This document shows positions 28,036 through 42,581 of a stretch of DNA of 64,000 bases, in pieces. The stretch spans positions 186,001-250,000 of the forward strand of contig CT868007.1 in the NCBI GenBank assembly GCA_000165425.1, written 5' to 3'. Both the position numbers and the translations under genes were made by a program. The notes under the pieces are model-generated. The model had not been told where the DNA came from. It saw only the letters and a list, made by a program, of their open reading frames with translations, and did not search any database. The stretch's first letter is position 1. Each line of letters begins with the position of its first letter. The DNA is from Paramecium tetraurelia (taxonomy: Eukaryota).

Positions 28036-30083
28036 ATGAGTCAATCGACAGCAAAAAACTTGAGGGATTTGTTGATTAAGCAACAACTCAATAGCAAAAT
28101 CAAATTTAAAGGGGAACCTGTCAACAAAATACAACCAAATAGAAAATAATCTGGTAATTGGGATAAAAAAGTGGATATATCTCAATGCTCCTGCAATCAG
28201 AAGAATTGCACGATATGCATGAAGAAAAGAGTTGTGATAAATGCTTCTCCTCTTTTGAAAGTCAAGGTAGCAACCAAAAACCAAGCTTGTGATCAAGATA
28301 GTAGAAGGGAAATTAAGGTAACAAGTTCAGTTTCTGCTCATCAATCTCCTAACCGTGAGAAACAGTATTAAATGCAACAAATGTTCTTGTAAAAGCAATT
28401 GCAAAGTCATCTACAACAATTATAAGAGTCTCGTCCTTAGTCGAGACAAGCTCCCAAAGAACAAAGTAAAAAGCCATAATTTTATCATAACATGGAAAAC
28501 TTTTTAAATAACTATTATCAAAAGGGAAATCTCAGTAATTCATAGTTGTATGAGAACAGTTATAATGTTAAGTCCAAAGTCATTCCAAAAAGAATTGAAT
28601 CAAAAAGTCATGTCCTTAGCAACACTTAAACATCCTTCAAGTTGAAGCTCAATCAACAAGGACCCAAATTTTCAGCCGTATCTTTATTTCATAATTAAGT
28701 AGATTATCAATTCAGGATTAGTTGAATCAGCTCCAAATTCTCCCAATAATCATGAAAATTCTACAAAGAGCAAAATCACTCCAAATGATTCTATCTCGAA
28801 AAGTAAAATCAATTAAAATGACTCGAAATCTAGTGAAATCAGAAGAAAATCTACAGGAGAAATCTCAGAAAAAACTCAAATTCTCGGTTTGAAAATAGAT
28901 GAATAAGTTGGTAGATTGCATTTTAAATTTCTCTATGTAATTGGAAAAGGAGGCTTTGGAAGAGTTTGGAGAGTAGAAATGAAAAAGAACAAAAAATTAT
29001 TCGCCTTAAAAGAAATGTCCAAGGCTAAAGTCATCTAAAAAAGAAGTGTCAATTCAGTGTTGAATGAAAAATACCTTCTAGAACACTTGCATCATCCCTT
29101 TTTAGTTAACATGTGGTATGCATTCTAAGACAGAGAAAACCTATTTTTAATCATAGATCTATTAACTGGAGGTGATCTCAGATTTCATCTAGGTAAAATG
29201 AGAAGATTTAGTGAAGCATAAGCAAGTATATTCAAATAATAATAATTAAAGAATTTTTCGTTGCTTGTATTTTATTGGCTTTAACCTATCTACATTAAAA
29301 TGGAATTATTCACAGAGATCTCAAACCTGAAAATTTGGTATTGGATGAAGATGGTTACATGAGATTAACAGATTTGGGAATAGCTAGAATGAATAAGGGA
29401 AACAATGCTGGAGACACTTCAGGAACACCTGGATACATGGCTCCAGAGGTTATGTGTAGAATGGATCACTCTGTTGTGGCTGACTATTATGCTTTAGGTG
29501 TCATTGCATATGAATTAATGCTTGGAAGGAGACCATACAACGGAAGAACTCGATAAGATATAAGAGAGTAAATATTAGCTAAGCAAGTTCAAGTCAAAAA
29601 GGAGGAATTACCTCTTGGATGGAGTGAGAATTCCCTTGATTTTGTGAATTAGGTACTCACTTTTAACAATAATATAGTTAATTCTCAGAAAACCAGAGAG
29701 AAGATTGGGTAGCAATGGAATTGAAGAAATCTTACATCATCCTTGGTTAAAAGGTTACCCCTGGGATGATTTATTAAAGAAGAAAGTTTAGGCACTTTAT
29801 GTACCTGGAGTATTAATTCATTTTAATTAAAGGCCGTTGATGATAACTTTGATTTCTAAAATCAGATTTCAGAAGAAACACAATTAAATGATGAATAATA
29901 GCTAGAAAATTAAACACTCTTACGAAGAGATACTGTTCAATGTATATTAAATGACTAATTTAATTAGCGTTATTTGAAGGATATCATTATGACATAGAAC
30001 TAAAGAATATTTAACATCAACAGACTTAAAAGAATCATTCACAAAGAAAATCATAACCTGTTTCTCCAGAAAAAAAAGCATGA
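28036..30083 (+). CDS. AGC-group Ser/Thr kinase with long low-complexity N-terminus
   Basis: [70 protein letters not shown] and an AGC C-tail DDNFD. Confidence 0.9.
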
Positions 30084-31166
30084 TGTCAACAATATATAAT
30101 TATTGATATTAATTTTGACCAATTGTTAACAATTTTGTTAAATAATTAAAAATATAACCTAAAAATTTGATCCTAACAAGTAATTCAGAATTGTCAGAAT
30201 TCTGAAATCTTAAAACTAAATAATATATTCTTAATAATAGTTAATAGCATTGTTAAATCTTTTAAATGTCAAGTGATTAATTAAACACAGATTTATATGA
30301 AAACTTTTATGATTGAAAATAGCTAATTTGAAAATTATTTAAATTAATTCGATTATCATCGTTTTCATTTTTTTCTAAACTATTATCTCTTATTGTTTAA
30401 TTCATTTTTACACTCCAAGTGTTCTCTTAAACAAAATCTCTAAGAAATGCAGTTTGCCTTTAACTGTCTTGCCAATATTTTCAATCTTTTAAGTTGATTA
30501 GGATAGAATAACAATTAAATTTTAATTATCATTACTCGGATAAAATCAATTTTATTATTGCTTCTCCCATATTTTTTATATTATTATAAACCTTAATAGC
30601 CTTTATCCAATAATCATTTTAGAAAGCCTCATATTAACTATTCTTCTTAAATGTCCTGCCCAAGTTATAGAGATTCTAAGAAAAAAGCCAAAAAATCATA
30701 AATGCGTATAAATTAATATTAATTATTAAAATTTATTAATTTCTAAAAGAGGGTTTCATATTTTATTCAAGGCGTTGCATTTTACAATTTGATGTGTTTT
30801 ATCAAAAGTAGAACCTGAATAAGCATCATAAAGAAAACCTTTGATATTAATTTAATAGCCTTATAAAAATTAATCTTCTTTTAAATGTTAGCTGGCTCCT
30901 AATTATTAGATAATCAGTAAATAATTTTAATTTATCTTACATGAAACATGCCAAAGATTATAAGCAGGATTGATGAGATGTTTTTGGGTACTCTGTAATT
31001 ATTTGCACTTTGTTATGAATTCAATTTATCTTATATTAATTATAGATCACAAATTACCTTATTTGATAATCTCTTTGACATTTGCTTTGAGGATAAAGTG
31101 AATTGAAATCAATCGATGATTATTTATTAAGTTTTGATTTAATTATTAATATATATATTACAGTTA

Positions 31167-31889
31167 ATGAACAAGTCAAGGGATTGGAATATTGTAGATG
31201 ATGAATTAAATCGAAAATTAAAATAGTTACATGAAATAAAATCATAATTGGATGACTAATCGACTGAATAGCTACTTTAGAATAAGGATTAGAATTAGGG
31301 TATGCATAATCTAATTCAAATTTAGAGTATAATAGCGATGTTAATTATTATAAGGAATTTTGGAGATATTACATTCTAAATGAGATGGCTATAAAAAAAG
31401 TTAATGAACTTCATTCTTAAAATTAAAAATTGCTTGAGTTGTTAGGAGATATTGATGTAATCTAAGTGATATTATTAAGAAATTATAATAAGAATTGCAT
31501 ATTGCTTTAAGTTATCGTCATAAAAAGAAAAATAGAAGGACTTCGTAAGAGATTGAGAAGAGTTTTATTTGTCCTTACGAAAAATGCAATAAACAGTATG
31601 GAAGCGATGTTTCTTTGAATCTGCACATCAAATTGAAACACGATGGAGGCAATAAAACCGACAGAGAGAAGTTTGCTGTAAGAACATCTCCTATTCTTTT
31701 CATTAGAAGATGATCATTGAGGCTCAGTAGAATGGCGAAACCATCACAGACCTAAACATTAGTATCAAATTCCCTCCTGGCTATTTAGATGTAATTATTC
31801 AAATCATTCTATAGTAATTTAAGAATCAGTTTTTGAATACGCCATAAAATTAGTTAAGTTAAGAAGGAATGCCAATTGGATAAGATTGA
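31167..31889 (+). CDS. C2H2 zinc-finger protein (single finger with basic leader)
   Basis: KKKNRRTSQEIEKSFICPYEKCNKQYGSDVSLNLHIKLKH; four short introns; TGA 31887-31889. Confidence 0.8.
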
Positions 31890-32441
31890 AATTAAATATA
31901 TTTATTTTTGCTTTTAATTTAAAAATGTCCTTGTCTACTAATTATTGAGATTTTTCATAATGGTTTTATTTTACCTATTAAAAATGGTACCACAAAAACA
32001 ATATAGTAACAATAATCTACATATATTATTAAATTATGTTAAAATTGATTTTTTGGATTACTATTAAATAATAACTAATTCAGAGAATGAAAAATAACAT
32101 AATACAGAATGGATCACAAACCTAGTTAAAAAATCAAATCGTAAACCTGGTTTTATTTGAGGAATTTTATAATATCTTTGTTTACGAAAATAAAGAGAGT
32201 ATTATGAATTGATTGAATGGAAATTTAATAGAATTTATAAACCATTTTGACTTTTATTCTTTATTACTTTGAATATTAATGCACTTTGAAGAATCGCAAT
32301 TTCATAAAAAGTGATTTATGAAAATGGAAAATAAATAACTCCTAAATCAATGCTCTAGAAGAAACTTAATCTAGTATCATTTGGATGATTCTATATAAAT
32401 TTATCAAGCAATTATAATTATTTATATAATTATTTAGAATA

Positions 32442-33269
32442 ATGCTACTAAAATAAATTTTTTTGTAATGGAAAAGACTAACACAAATTTCAACACTAAT
32501 AAATTAAATGAAAATTGACTAAAGTTTAAAGTAAAAACACGATAAAGTAAAGCAACTTTTTCTACAAGTTCTTATGGTAAATGCGTAATAGAAAAGATAA
32601 CTAAAAGTGATTTCAATGAGAAATAACTATAGATTAATGAAAACATATATGTTTAATTGGCAACTTGCTAACGTGAGAAAGGTTAGAATGAAGGATATTA
32701 AGAACTATGTGAATAATTAATATCGATGTAAACAATAAAATAGAATATTGAAATTACTTATTGATAATGCTCTCTAGAGATAATCTAAGCGCAGGAAATT
32801 GATAAAAGCAGACAATTATTATAATAATAGAATATTAAGAAAATCATTCAAATCTCTTCGAATAAATGAAAAGTAAAGTAAATAAGAATTTTTACAGAAA
32901 ATACAAATGATTGATGAAAAAGAATAAAAATCTCTAACTAATCAAAAAGACCTACAAAAGAATTTAATGGCTGACGCATTTCGCTTTTCAAAATTACTCT
33001 TGAAATCATTTCTAAATTGGAAAAAATACATATTTTAACTAGATTAATAAGACCATTATTTTAGCTATATACAAAATGTTGACAATTTTGTAACCAAACC
33101 ATAGTAGCCTGAAAAAGTAACAATAGATAACAGTTCAGATAGTAAATCTGAATATTGCATTATGCTTGAATATAAGATTTAATTTTATCAAAAGCACTAA
33201 GATTAATTAACTAGGTTTCAAAAAGAGATTTTAAAAAAGGAAATTTGTTAACTAAAATAATATTTATGA
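32442..33269 (+). CDS. Sfi1-repeat (centrin-binding-like) protein; start uncertain
   Basis: ADAFRFSKLLLKSFLNWKK exactly fits the AX7LLX3(F/L)X2WK consensus. Degenerate copies: ADNYYNNRILRKSFKSLR, LLKQIFLQWKR, LMKTYMFNWQ. Confidence 0.6.
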
Positions 33270-33294
33270 ATAGGATATCAGCCAATTTAATATT

Positions 33295-36200
33295 TCACTA
33301 TTAATTATCAACATTTTTCTTTTTTAATAAATCTGCATTTTCATCCTCATCTGCATCAAGGTCATCAAGCATTGGTTTTTGAATATCAATTTCACCTTCT
33401 TGATTTTATTCATCATCCTCACTTTCCTCTTTCTTTTTGATTTCATCTAAATTTTAACAATATGAATATCCTAGAACCAATCGAACACATACAATCTATA
33501 TTAATATGATAGTGTACTCTATTTGGATAGTTGAAGATCTTTCCTGCTAGATTAAAAATGATCTTATTATCTCTTCTCATAAAAAAAGGATCCATATTTT
33601 CAACAATGACAGATCTTATTTTTTCAGACTGTTATACTAATTATTAAGATAAGTACTTCAGTATAATTAAATCTCATTGGTAATAGACACAAATGAGTAT
33701 TTAAAGGTAGCATTGCTTTGACTTCTTTTTTCCATTACTCAATGATTTCCTCATAACTTCTACTCTTATAGATATGATTCCATTTAGCAACCGCCTCATC
33801 ATCGTGCTTCTATTACACTACCTTAATAGTTCTATAAGTAGTTTTATATTCTAATATTTTCAAATATTATTCCATTTTCTTATTAATCCCATCTAAATCA
33901 TGTTTCCATTTAGTAAAAAGTGAACTTTTTCCTCTTGCTTTTTCTACTCCTTATTTAACTTCCATGAATATATCCTCTAATAGTCTCTTAATTCTATTCT
34001 TTTTAATTGGTTCTTTGAGAATTTGAGCTGAATAAAACGCTCCTACTTTTTGATTCCAAGTTTTTTATATGAATTCTTCGCTCTTTTATTTCATTTGATC
34101 TTAAAGTTCTTCTTCATCAATTTATATATTAGTATCATCATCTTCATCATCCTCTTCTTCTTCACTCTCTTCCTTATTTGGAACAGTCTCCTTAATGAAG
34201 GGGTACCATAACCTTTTGTCATGCAAATGATAGAAGATTTCCTAGGGTTTCTGATTAGCCATATTACCAAATCTATATTTCAATAATAAATAATTACATA
34301 TTTTTGTTATTAAAGATAATCTCAATGGTTTCATATGGCAATTGTCCAGGATCTGCAACTCTAATGATATAAGATAATTAAAATACTCCTTTCCATTTTT
34401 ATCAAAGAAACGATCAATCTTTGAAAATTTGGCAATAGGATTGGCTCTTAAGATTTCATCCTCGGCCTCCTACTTCTTAGCAATAGCAGTTTATTTCGCA
34501 GTCTCTCTATAAACAAACAAAGGGTTTGTAAATGTCTTTTTTTGTGGAACTGATCCTGCCCCTTTGACAGTAGACTTCTTGCCATCCTCCTCTTCTTGTT
34601 CACTCCGTCCTTTCTTTTGATTATTTCACTTCTCCCATTTATCTTGGATTTTTAAGTTTGATATTTCCATTCAACTTTTCCAACTGAATTGTTTCTATGA
34701 CTTATTCATCCTGATCTCCTCTGCCATCATCTTCAGGTTAGAAAGTAGCATTATTTCTAGCCTTCCTCCTCTTCTCCTCTGCTTCTTTTTATTATTACAT
34801 TAGCATTTCATTTTATTTCTACTTTTTCTAAGCCTATTCCATTTACGCTTTTTCTAATTCTTTCTTCTTCTACTCCATTAGTTATTTCCTCTTCGATAAT
34901 GGTTTCTTTTTGTCCTTTCCTAAATTACCTAGAGCTCCCAATCCAAATCCAACATCCTTCTTGACCACTGGTTTTTCAGCATACAAAAACTTTCTTAAAG
35001 CTGCTCTCTTATCCTTTCTCACTCTTCCATCCAAATGCATATGGAAATCTTCCTAAACATCCCAAAAGGTAATGCCAGATAAATCATGTGAAAAAACCAT
35101 AAGCCAAGCATGGAATTAGGAATTGTGCTTAAGAGTGCCTAAACAAACAAAAACTCTATGTTCGAATGGAATGTATTTATGAAAATCTTTTTCGTGTTCT
35201 CTCTTCTTATCTTCTCTCTCAAATCCCATAAACAAACAAGCTCCAAGGATGGCATGATCATGGATAAACCCTTTTCGTATTTTCAACAAGAAATCAGGTG
35301 ATCTCCAAACATCATTCCTTGAAAAGGAGTCTTAAATAAATGGGATATTTCTAACAAAATGACACATTTCATGTAAGTTTTTCATCCTAATATCTTTGGG
35401 ATTGGCAAACAATTCATTAGTGGCCTCTTCACTCTAAAATTTAATGTAGAACTTCTCCAAATACTTACAAACCAAATGATAATAATTAAATTGATCTCTA
35501 ACAAAGATATTCTTAAAAAATATGTTGTAAGCTGTCTTTTCCAAACCGAACTATGAAAAATTACCTCTCACATATTTGTCCCATGATTGATACTCCTCAT
35601 TATCTTCATGATCCTTTTTCACCGAGAGTTGATCTGAAATTTGATAAGGATATATATCATCAGGAACCTCACAAAATTCCTCCAAATTTAATTCTTCAGG
35701 CAAATCAGGAGCAAAGAAGGCCTAAAAGGTAATTTAAATGTGACTAACGTTGAAGAGTCCACTCTCAAACTTCTTAGTAAATGTAGCTTCACGAGTATCA
35801 AACTAATATCGTTTATTGTCATCAGTCAACAATGTCTTTTTGAATTTGCTTGCCTTTTGAATTTCAGATAGAAAAATTCTGCAGTATCCCAAAGATTCAT
35901 CACTCAAGATATCTTATCCATCTAACCACAATTGTATAGTGATGTCTGGTCTTGATTTTAATTCCTCACGTAAAGCATCTATAAGTAAATCCTTGTCTGT
36001 TTTTTAATTAATTATATCTTCGAAGGTCTTCTCTCTTCTCAGGATAGGTATCCTGAAGTACAGTTCCTCATTATAAGATGGATTAGGATCATTCTTAATC
36101 ATTCTGGTTGTTTTAGCCTGATCTCTCCAGGCCACAGTCAAATATGTGTTGATGACTCCTCTATCATCTGGACTCAATACACTGTTTAGTCTATTAATCG

Positions 36201-37634
36201 TAACTACAAGATAATATTATTCTGGAATGTAGGTATTGAGTTCCCCATTTTGAGAATATCGTGGTACCTTATTGAGATTTACTCTTCCTTCAATAATAGC
36301 TATATATGCTTCATCTCTTAAGGCATCTTCATCGTCTCCTAAATCCTCGTCATCATCTTCATCATTCCCATCCCACTTCTTTTTTTGTTTATTTTTCTTC
36401 TTTGGTTGCTTGGCTATTTTCACTCTCGGTGGAGGTATTTTAAGTTTCAATCTAAATTGCACTTTCAAGTAATTGGTATCTTGTATTCCTCTTAGTGAAA
36501 CCAATTTTTCAGCTTTATTAAAGTAAGCATCAAACAACAAGGTGACTTTCATCATTTATTATGTCAAATCCTCCATAGTTCCTCTAAAATGCATGTACCC
36601 TTTGAGATTTCTAAAATTTGGGTTCTTGGTCTTCTTAATTTGTTCTGATTCAACTTATGGTTAAATAAGTTCATCAGTCATCAAAGTCAATTGTATTTTA
36701 GGATCATGCTCTTTCCCTTGATCTGCTATGATGTTTGATCCCTTCCAAGCTTCAAATGTCAATTTGTAATCCCACACTTCCTAAAATAAGACATTGTAAT
36801 AGATCCTAGCAAACTACCTTCTTTCTCCAAATGCCTTCTTAATATCATCTTGTTTCTTAATATTTCCAGAGGCAATGTTTAGTAAGGACACTTGAATTTT
36901 ACCCAAAAACAAATTCAAGCGAAATCTTCTATATTCCCATACCTCAATCACGAAATATCGCTCCTTAAGCATTTAATAAGATAGATGCATTTCTGTTTCA
37001 AACATAACCTTAATAACCTTGACCTCACTTCTTTTTAGATCCTTGCAGATTTCAGATTTAAAAAAAACTTCACCACTTGACACATCTGCATACTTATTAG
37101 CCGTTTTCCCAATTTAACCAATTCGGAAATTCAAGAAAACTGATAATTATTCCTTTTGTAGATTCTCTAACCTTATTTCATTTATAAAAACCTTCCATCT
37201 CCTAACTTTATTATCCTCCCTCTCTATTAGTTCTTTCTAAAATCAATAGATAATGCTACATTGATTTCCAATTTAGTATCGTCAGGCACTATATAATAAG
37301 GCTTGCCAATCTCATTCTCCACCAATTGCTCTGGCCTCAAACTCTCCAATTGCTTATCATATTTATCCGCTTTCTTATCTAGCATCTTCTTCCTTTACTC
37401 CTTCTCTTTGGTATTTCTCTCCTCATCGATCTGTATTTTTATGCTTTTGTCATCCCTAGCGGATTTGTCCTTGTCCTTCGAATCACTGTCGATCTCCTCT
37501 TTGTCTTTAATCAACTTCTCCTACTCTTTTTGTCTCCTTGCCTCTTCCTCCTCCAATCTCTGCTATTCCTGTCGTTTTAGGTCCTCCTTTTTCTTCTCCT
37601 TCTCCAATACCCTGAAATAATCGTCTTATCTCAT
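33295..37634 (-). CDS. C2-domain and transglutaminase-like protein of the CC2D2A/CEP76 family
   Basis: N-terminal coiled coil; C2-like LVVTINRLNSV..TYLTVAW..KTTRMIKNDPNPSYNEELYF; TGase-like DVWRSPDFLLKIRKGFIHDHAILGACLFMGF..VFVCLGT..HAWLM..ITFWD. Confidence 0.75.
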
Positions 37635-37719
37635 TATAAATTTAATAATTGCAATTTCAGCAATTCCCTAAAAAAATCAATTAATAATCTTAATATAAAT
37701 TTATTTGATCTCAACCAAA

Positions 37720-38284
37720 ATGCATAAGAAAATGAAACACTCGGGATCCAGCACATTCAGAATGCACGAATCAAGTTTGATGGACTCAGCCTTGGATTCA
37801 ACCACTGCAAGATTGCCTCATTCCCTTTGTGAAGATTCAATCGCCTTCATTTTGATGGCTCAAAGTGCCACTGATCACATCAGAATCATAAGAGTATTGG
37901 CACATCATTTAAATAGAGGATATTATTCAATCGACCAAGGAAACCAGAAATCGACTTCATCTGAATATCCAAGAAATGAAGTTGAGTCTGAGCAATCTTG
38001 AACACACTCAACAGCGAGACATTCTCAATACTGAATACGAAATGACAGTCAATGCCAACAAATTGAAATCTGTAATTTTGATAAATATCTCCTCCAAGCA
38101 CTTATTTCATCAGATCCAGGATCAGCAGGAGTAAAATACCCAATTCCAACAGTAGATCCACTCCTTACAATAGGATTGTGAAGACATTGAAAACCAAAGA
38201 GACATCTTGGATTAGAAATTAAAATACATGTGTAGCAAAACGGGACAATATTAATATGCGGATTATGATAACTATATTCAATGA
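37720..38284 (+). CDS. Hypothetical coiled-coil protein
   Basis: ATG 37720; needs one ~25-nt intron near 37894 with an uncertain acceptor. Gln-rich heptads run to TGA 38282-38284. Confidence 0.5.
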
Positions 38285-38805
38285 CTTTATTATTTTATAA
38301 AACGCCTATAATGTTTGAGATTCAATAATCTACACGACATTTCTGAAATCCACTAAATCCACTGATAATCATATTTGCTGATAAACTGAAACTGTCCAGT
38401 CTAAACTTTTGAGGAGTAGAAATTTCACATCGAAAACTTATAATTATTTAATTATTTTAATAGTAGAGAATAGAAATTCATTCCAAAGTATAATAAAAAT
38501 GAATCATCAAAAGAACCTAAATTTTTAAATTTATCTATAAATTAAGATAAATTGGAACATTTCATATATTATTTTCTTCTATATTAATTAGTAATTAGTA
38601 TGATATTCAGAAAGAGATAAAAACAAACACAACTGATCATTTATTTATAAATATATAAATGAATTTGAATAGATTTCACTTTTATTAATGTTATCATCTT
38701 GAAATTCAATTAAGAACTGCATCCATTTATATAGAGCGAAATGTTCAATTATAAGTGAAATTATTTATACAATAATTTTATTAATAATTTTTGTCTGTTA
38801 TACTC

Positions 38806-39796
38806 ATGCGTTAACCATCATTGTTCTCACCATAGAAATAAGCAAGATTTGAGAAGTCAAGCAATCCAACTGGATTTGCAACATTTTAGACCACTACTCA
38901 AATGAATTCTAAATAATTGGCTGATTTTAGAAAAGACCTTCTTACCAATGTATCATCCAGAGAACCTTTTAGTTCACAATCAGAAAGATCCTCTACTTTA
39001 TTTGCTTCCTGGAGCAAAGCAGAAAGGATTGTTCTGTATTTTATTGTCCTTAACAAATTAGGGAAGAATAAAAAGTCAGCAGAAGATCACCTAAGAAGTC
39101 TAAGCTTCTCGGTGGATTAAACTATGATGAAATCTTTACTAACAGAGCACCTTAGTTGAAAACCAAAAATAATAATAAAATAGACTCATTATTTAAAAGA
39201 TCCCCATAAAAGGATTACTATGATAATTCCTTTACATCATTCCCAAAACCAGCGCGATAAAATATTACTTTAGGATCAAGTTATAAGGACTCTCCTTAAA
39301 AATCTTTGGAGAAACTAGAAAGATTTAAGAATTTGGATAATAGACTAGGAGTCTAGTTGAAACTCTAAAACCAATCCATTTCTAATAGGGTTTCCCCATA
39401 AGGCGACAAGCCTCTGTTTTATAAATACATAAACGAGGTATCAAAAGGGCTTTTTGATAAAAGCTCTCCTAGTCTATAGATAAATCAAATTCCAAAGAAG
39501 AACTTATTTGATCACAAAAAGCAAACCTTCTCTTTCAATGATAATGCCTTCAATGCTTAAAAATCGAATTCCTTTTAAAGAAACCATTCACCGGAACTTT
39601 CTAATAGATTCGTCGAAAAGATTGCTTTAACAGACATTGTAAGAATGACATCTCATTTTTAATCCTTGTCAACTTAAGAGATAGGATAAATTCCTAGAGG
39701 GTATTAATTGAAATTGATTTTAGTTATATATCAGAGCTAAGTAATTTAGCTGATATTTTAGTGCGAATAGTCAAGCGATCAAATAAAACTAGTTGA
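38806..39796 (+). CDS. Hypothetical Ser/Lys-rich protein
   Basis: Open in ciliate code from ATG 38806, with short introns, to TGA 39794-39796. No motif recognised. Confidence 0.55.
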
Positions 39797-39847
39797 GAAT
39801 TTCATATTTATCTTACTAACCTTATAAAAATATATATTCAGTTTCTA

Positions 39848-40978
39848 TCAAGTGTTTGACCAATGCATCAATTAATTAGTATCTTGTTGAACCAAATAAA
39901 TCTTATTTTGAAATCCAGTATAGGGTACTTGTAAGCACTGTGTGTAAACTATGGCTCCAGGCTAATAGAGGTAATATTATGGGTCTATAGAATAAATGAA
40001 GATTAATTACAAGAGAAGTTTCCAAGAAATAGAGGTTGTGGAATTTAACTATATGGATCAGACTAGAGAAGTGGTAATTAAGTTGACATTTCTTGAATAT
40101 CAGTATTTCTCTGGTTATTATGTTCCTTTTTTATTGGCTGGACTTAAGGCTCTTTCAGTTGTTTTTCATCTTTTTCCACTTTTAAATTTTGATTGATGCT
40201 TAAATTCTCGGTTTTGGACGGAATTGAATAGTAAGGGTTTTTAATGTTCAAAAATCTTTATCTGAGGTAGGAGTAAAAACGATTCTTAATCATGTTTTCC
40301 TAATAATCAGCGAATATACTTACAGGCCTACCAACCAAAAGGTCTTAGATTTTAGTCCACTTTGATCCGATTTCTTGATAAGCCTTTAAGATAATCTGAT
40401 CTTCTTCTTCAGTGAATGGCTCTTACTTATTTAGTGGATTAAGTTTATTAATATATCTCTCTCTAATTTATTTGTTGGTTCTTTCGGGGAACATTTGGGC
40501 AATTTTCCCCCAATTTTGTCGGTACTTAGTCACCAATTACAATATAAGTTGATCTTCCTCTACAGAGAAGGGCTTTCTCTTTCTTAACTAGACTTATTAG
40601 GAGAGATTACAGCTTAGGGTTTGATTCGTTTCCATCTCTGAGTGCATTAAGATGGATTTCGATTAACCATTGATGCGGCAATTTGAACCCAATTCGACCC
40701 ATATTATTAAATAGAACGCTGTAGCTATTAGTCCTCTTAGGCAGTCCAGGTTTTTCTGACTTTTTTATTGATGCAAATTTTATTTCGCTTCAACTTAGTT
40801 TTTTGGTTTTAGAGTATCATCTCAGTTTAATCTATGACGTTCCTTTTGCTTTTGCTTTCTGCTTGGTAAATTGTATCTTCTTACCTTTTTGATAGACGCC
40901 TTCTCCTAGTTTATCAGATGGCTGGTCAACAGTACTCTGGGAATGCATGAGGGATTAGGCACCTTCAGATCCGTTCAT
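39848..40978 (-). CDS. Three-repeat Myb transcription factor
   Basis: KTWTAQEDQQL..NWVQIA..QCTQRW; PFSVEEDQLI..NWGKIA..RTNKQIRERY; PFTEEEDQII..GSKWTKI..GRP(E)NMIKNRFY. Confidence 0.9.
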
Positions 40979-42581
40979 TTGTTATTATAATAATAAAAAC
41001 AGATAGCTTTGGTTATTTTAATATATATATAATGTTATGTCTTTGGAGATTATTGTGTTTTAACGAGTGAAATGAGCGCAGGGTGTTGAGTTATTATTCA
41101 TTATTTCCTGGATTATTGGGCTATCATTAGTGTAGCTAATACTTTTTGGCTTAAACATTAACCTGAAGAATACTACTTTGCCATGTTAGTTCCAAAGAAA
41201 AACGAAGTTCTATCCTCATCTGAACAATTATTGAGTTGCATTGAAAGGATCTTACAGAAATTTTAATAGATGACAAAACATACAATAAAATAAATAACGA
41301 AAAGTGTTAATTACAAAGTTTATAAGGAATTAAAAATAATGTTTTTGTTACCGAAATTCTGTTGACAGTAATAATAAGTTTAAGCTACACACTTGAATAG
41401 ATGATTAGTGATAATTTGATTTCTACCACTTGAAGAGTCTTCCTCTTATAGTACCTCTAAAATCATTAAATCTCCAAACCCATAATAAGCCAACTTCATG
41501 ACTTTTTCATCAATCAAATCAAAATATTTTCTCTATCTTGCTGTAATTATTCTACTCTTCTTTCCAAAATCCATTTATTTATTAAAATCAACTATACTGT
41601 ATCAATCAATGATGATCTCTCAGATCATTTTAGATTTCTTCCATAGTATCATAACATTTGTAGCCAAGGGTTTGATAGTCAATTACGTGATGTGTTTCAA
41701 AATGAATAAATCGCAATAGCTCATCGATATATTGGTTGTGAGTGTAAATGACTGAGAGAACAATAGCCTAATTTGGTATTTTAAATAATGTGGAATTTAA
41801 GTCTTATATCCTATTATAGGGTATATGATATTTTAAATAGGATGATGAAAATTTTAACTATAAATCTGCATAGAAGTTATTGAAAGGTAAAATTCTAAAA
41901 TGGACAAGAATCAAATTGATATTGCATTTTTGTATATTGTTAATGAGAATTGATCATCATTATTTTATTCGGATTTTTTTCATCCATCACAATTTCGCCT
42001 GCATAGAGATCTCACCTAATTCCGCTTAAGAAAATTAAAGTCATTCTCGAAGAACTCTACAATCATGATTCTATATGACAAATTTGAGCATAAACTTTAT
42101 TTACAATTTCATAATGGATATAGGGAGATTATTATATGTAATGTTAATAGGGAGATGGATTTAGAATGAATATATTTTTAAAACGATAGATATAGAGTTA
42201 TGTATATTTCTCATTTATGATTTTCCATTTTTTGTAACATATCCTCTAAACTAAACTATTTTAGGTATAAAATACTTATGAAGTTAATTAAATGAAATAA
42301 TTCTCAAAACATAAGAAAAATTAAGTGATTACATGATAGAAGAACGACTACTATATAGATTTGATATTTTTTGTGGCCTTAGATAGATAGGTAAATTAAA
42401 TTACAAGGCTAAAAGGTCAAGATCATTTGAAGGGTCATAATACAAATTTTGATTATACAGAAGAATCTTTTAAAGAATTCACTAATCTATACAATAACTA
42501 AGTTAATTGTCATGATTATATGAAAAATAAAAAGAATAATAGCGAATGATATCCGAATTATTGTTATTTTTAATATGTATT

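Noticed and set aside
41200..42110. Minus-strand coding-like region with a faint kinase-like IKP..NVMI..IID
   Set aside because: Multiple TGA codons in all frames and no other kinase subdomains found.
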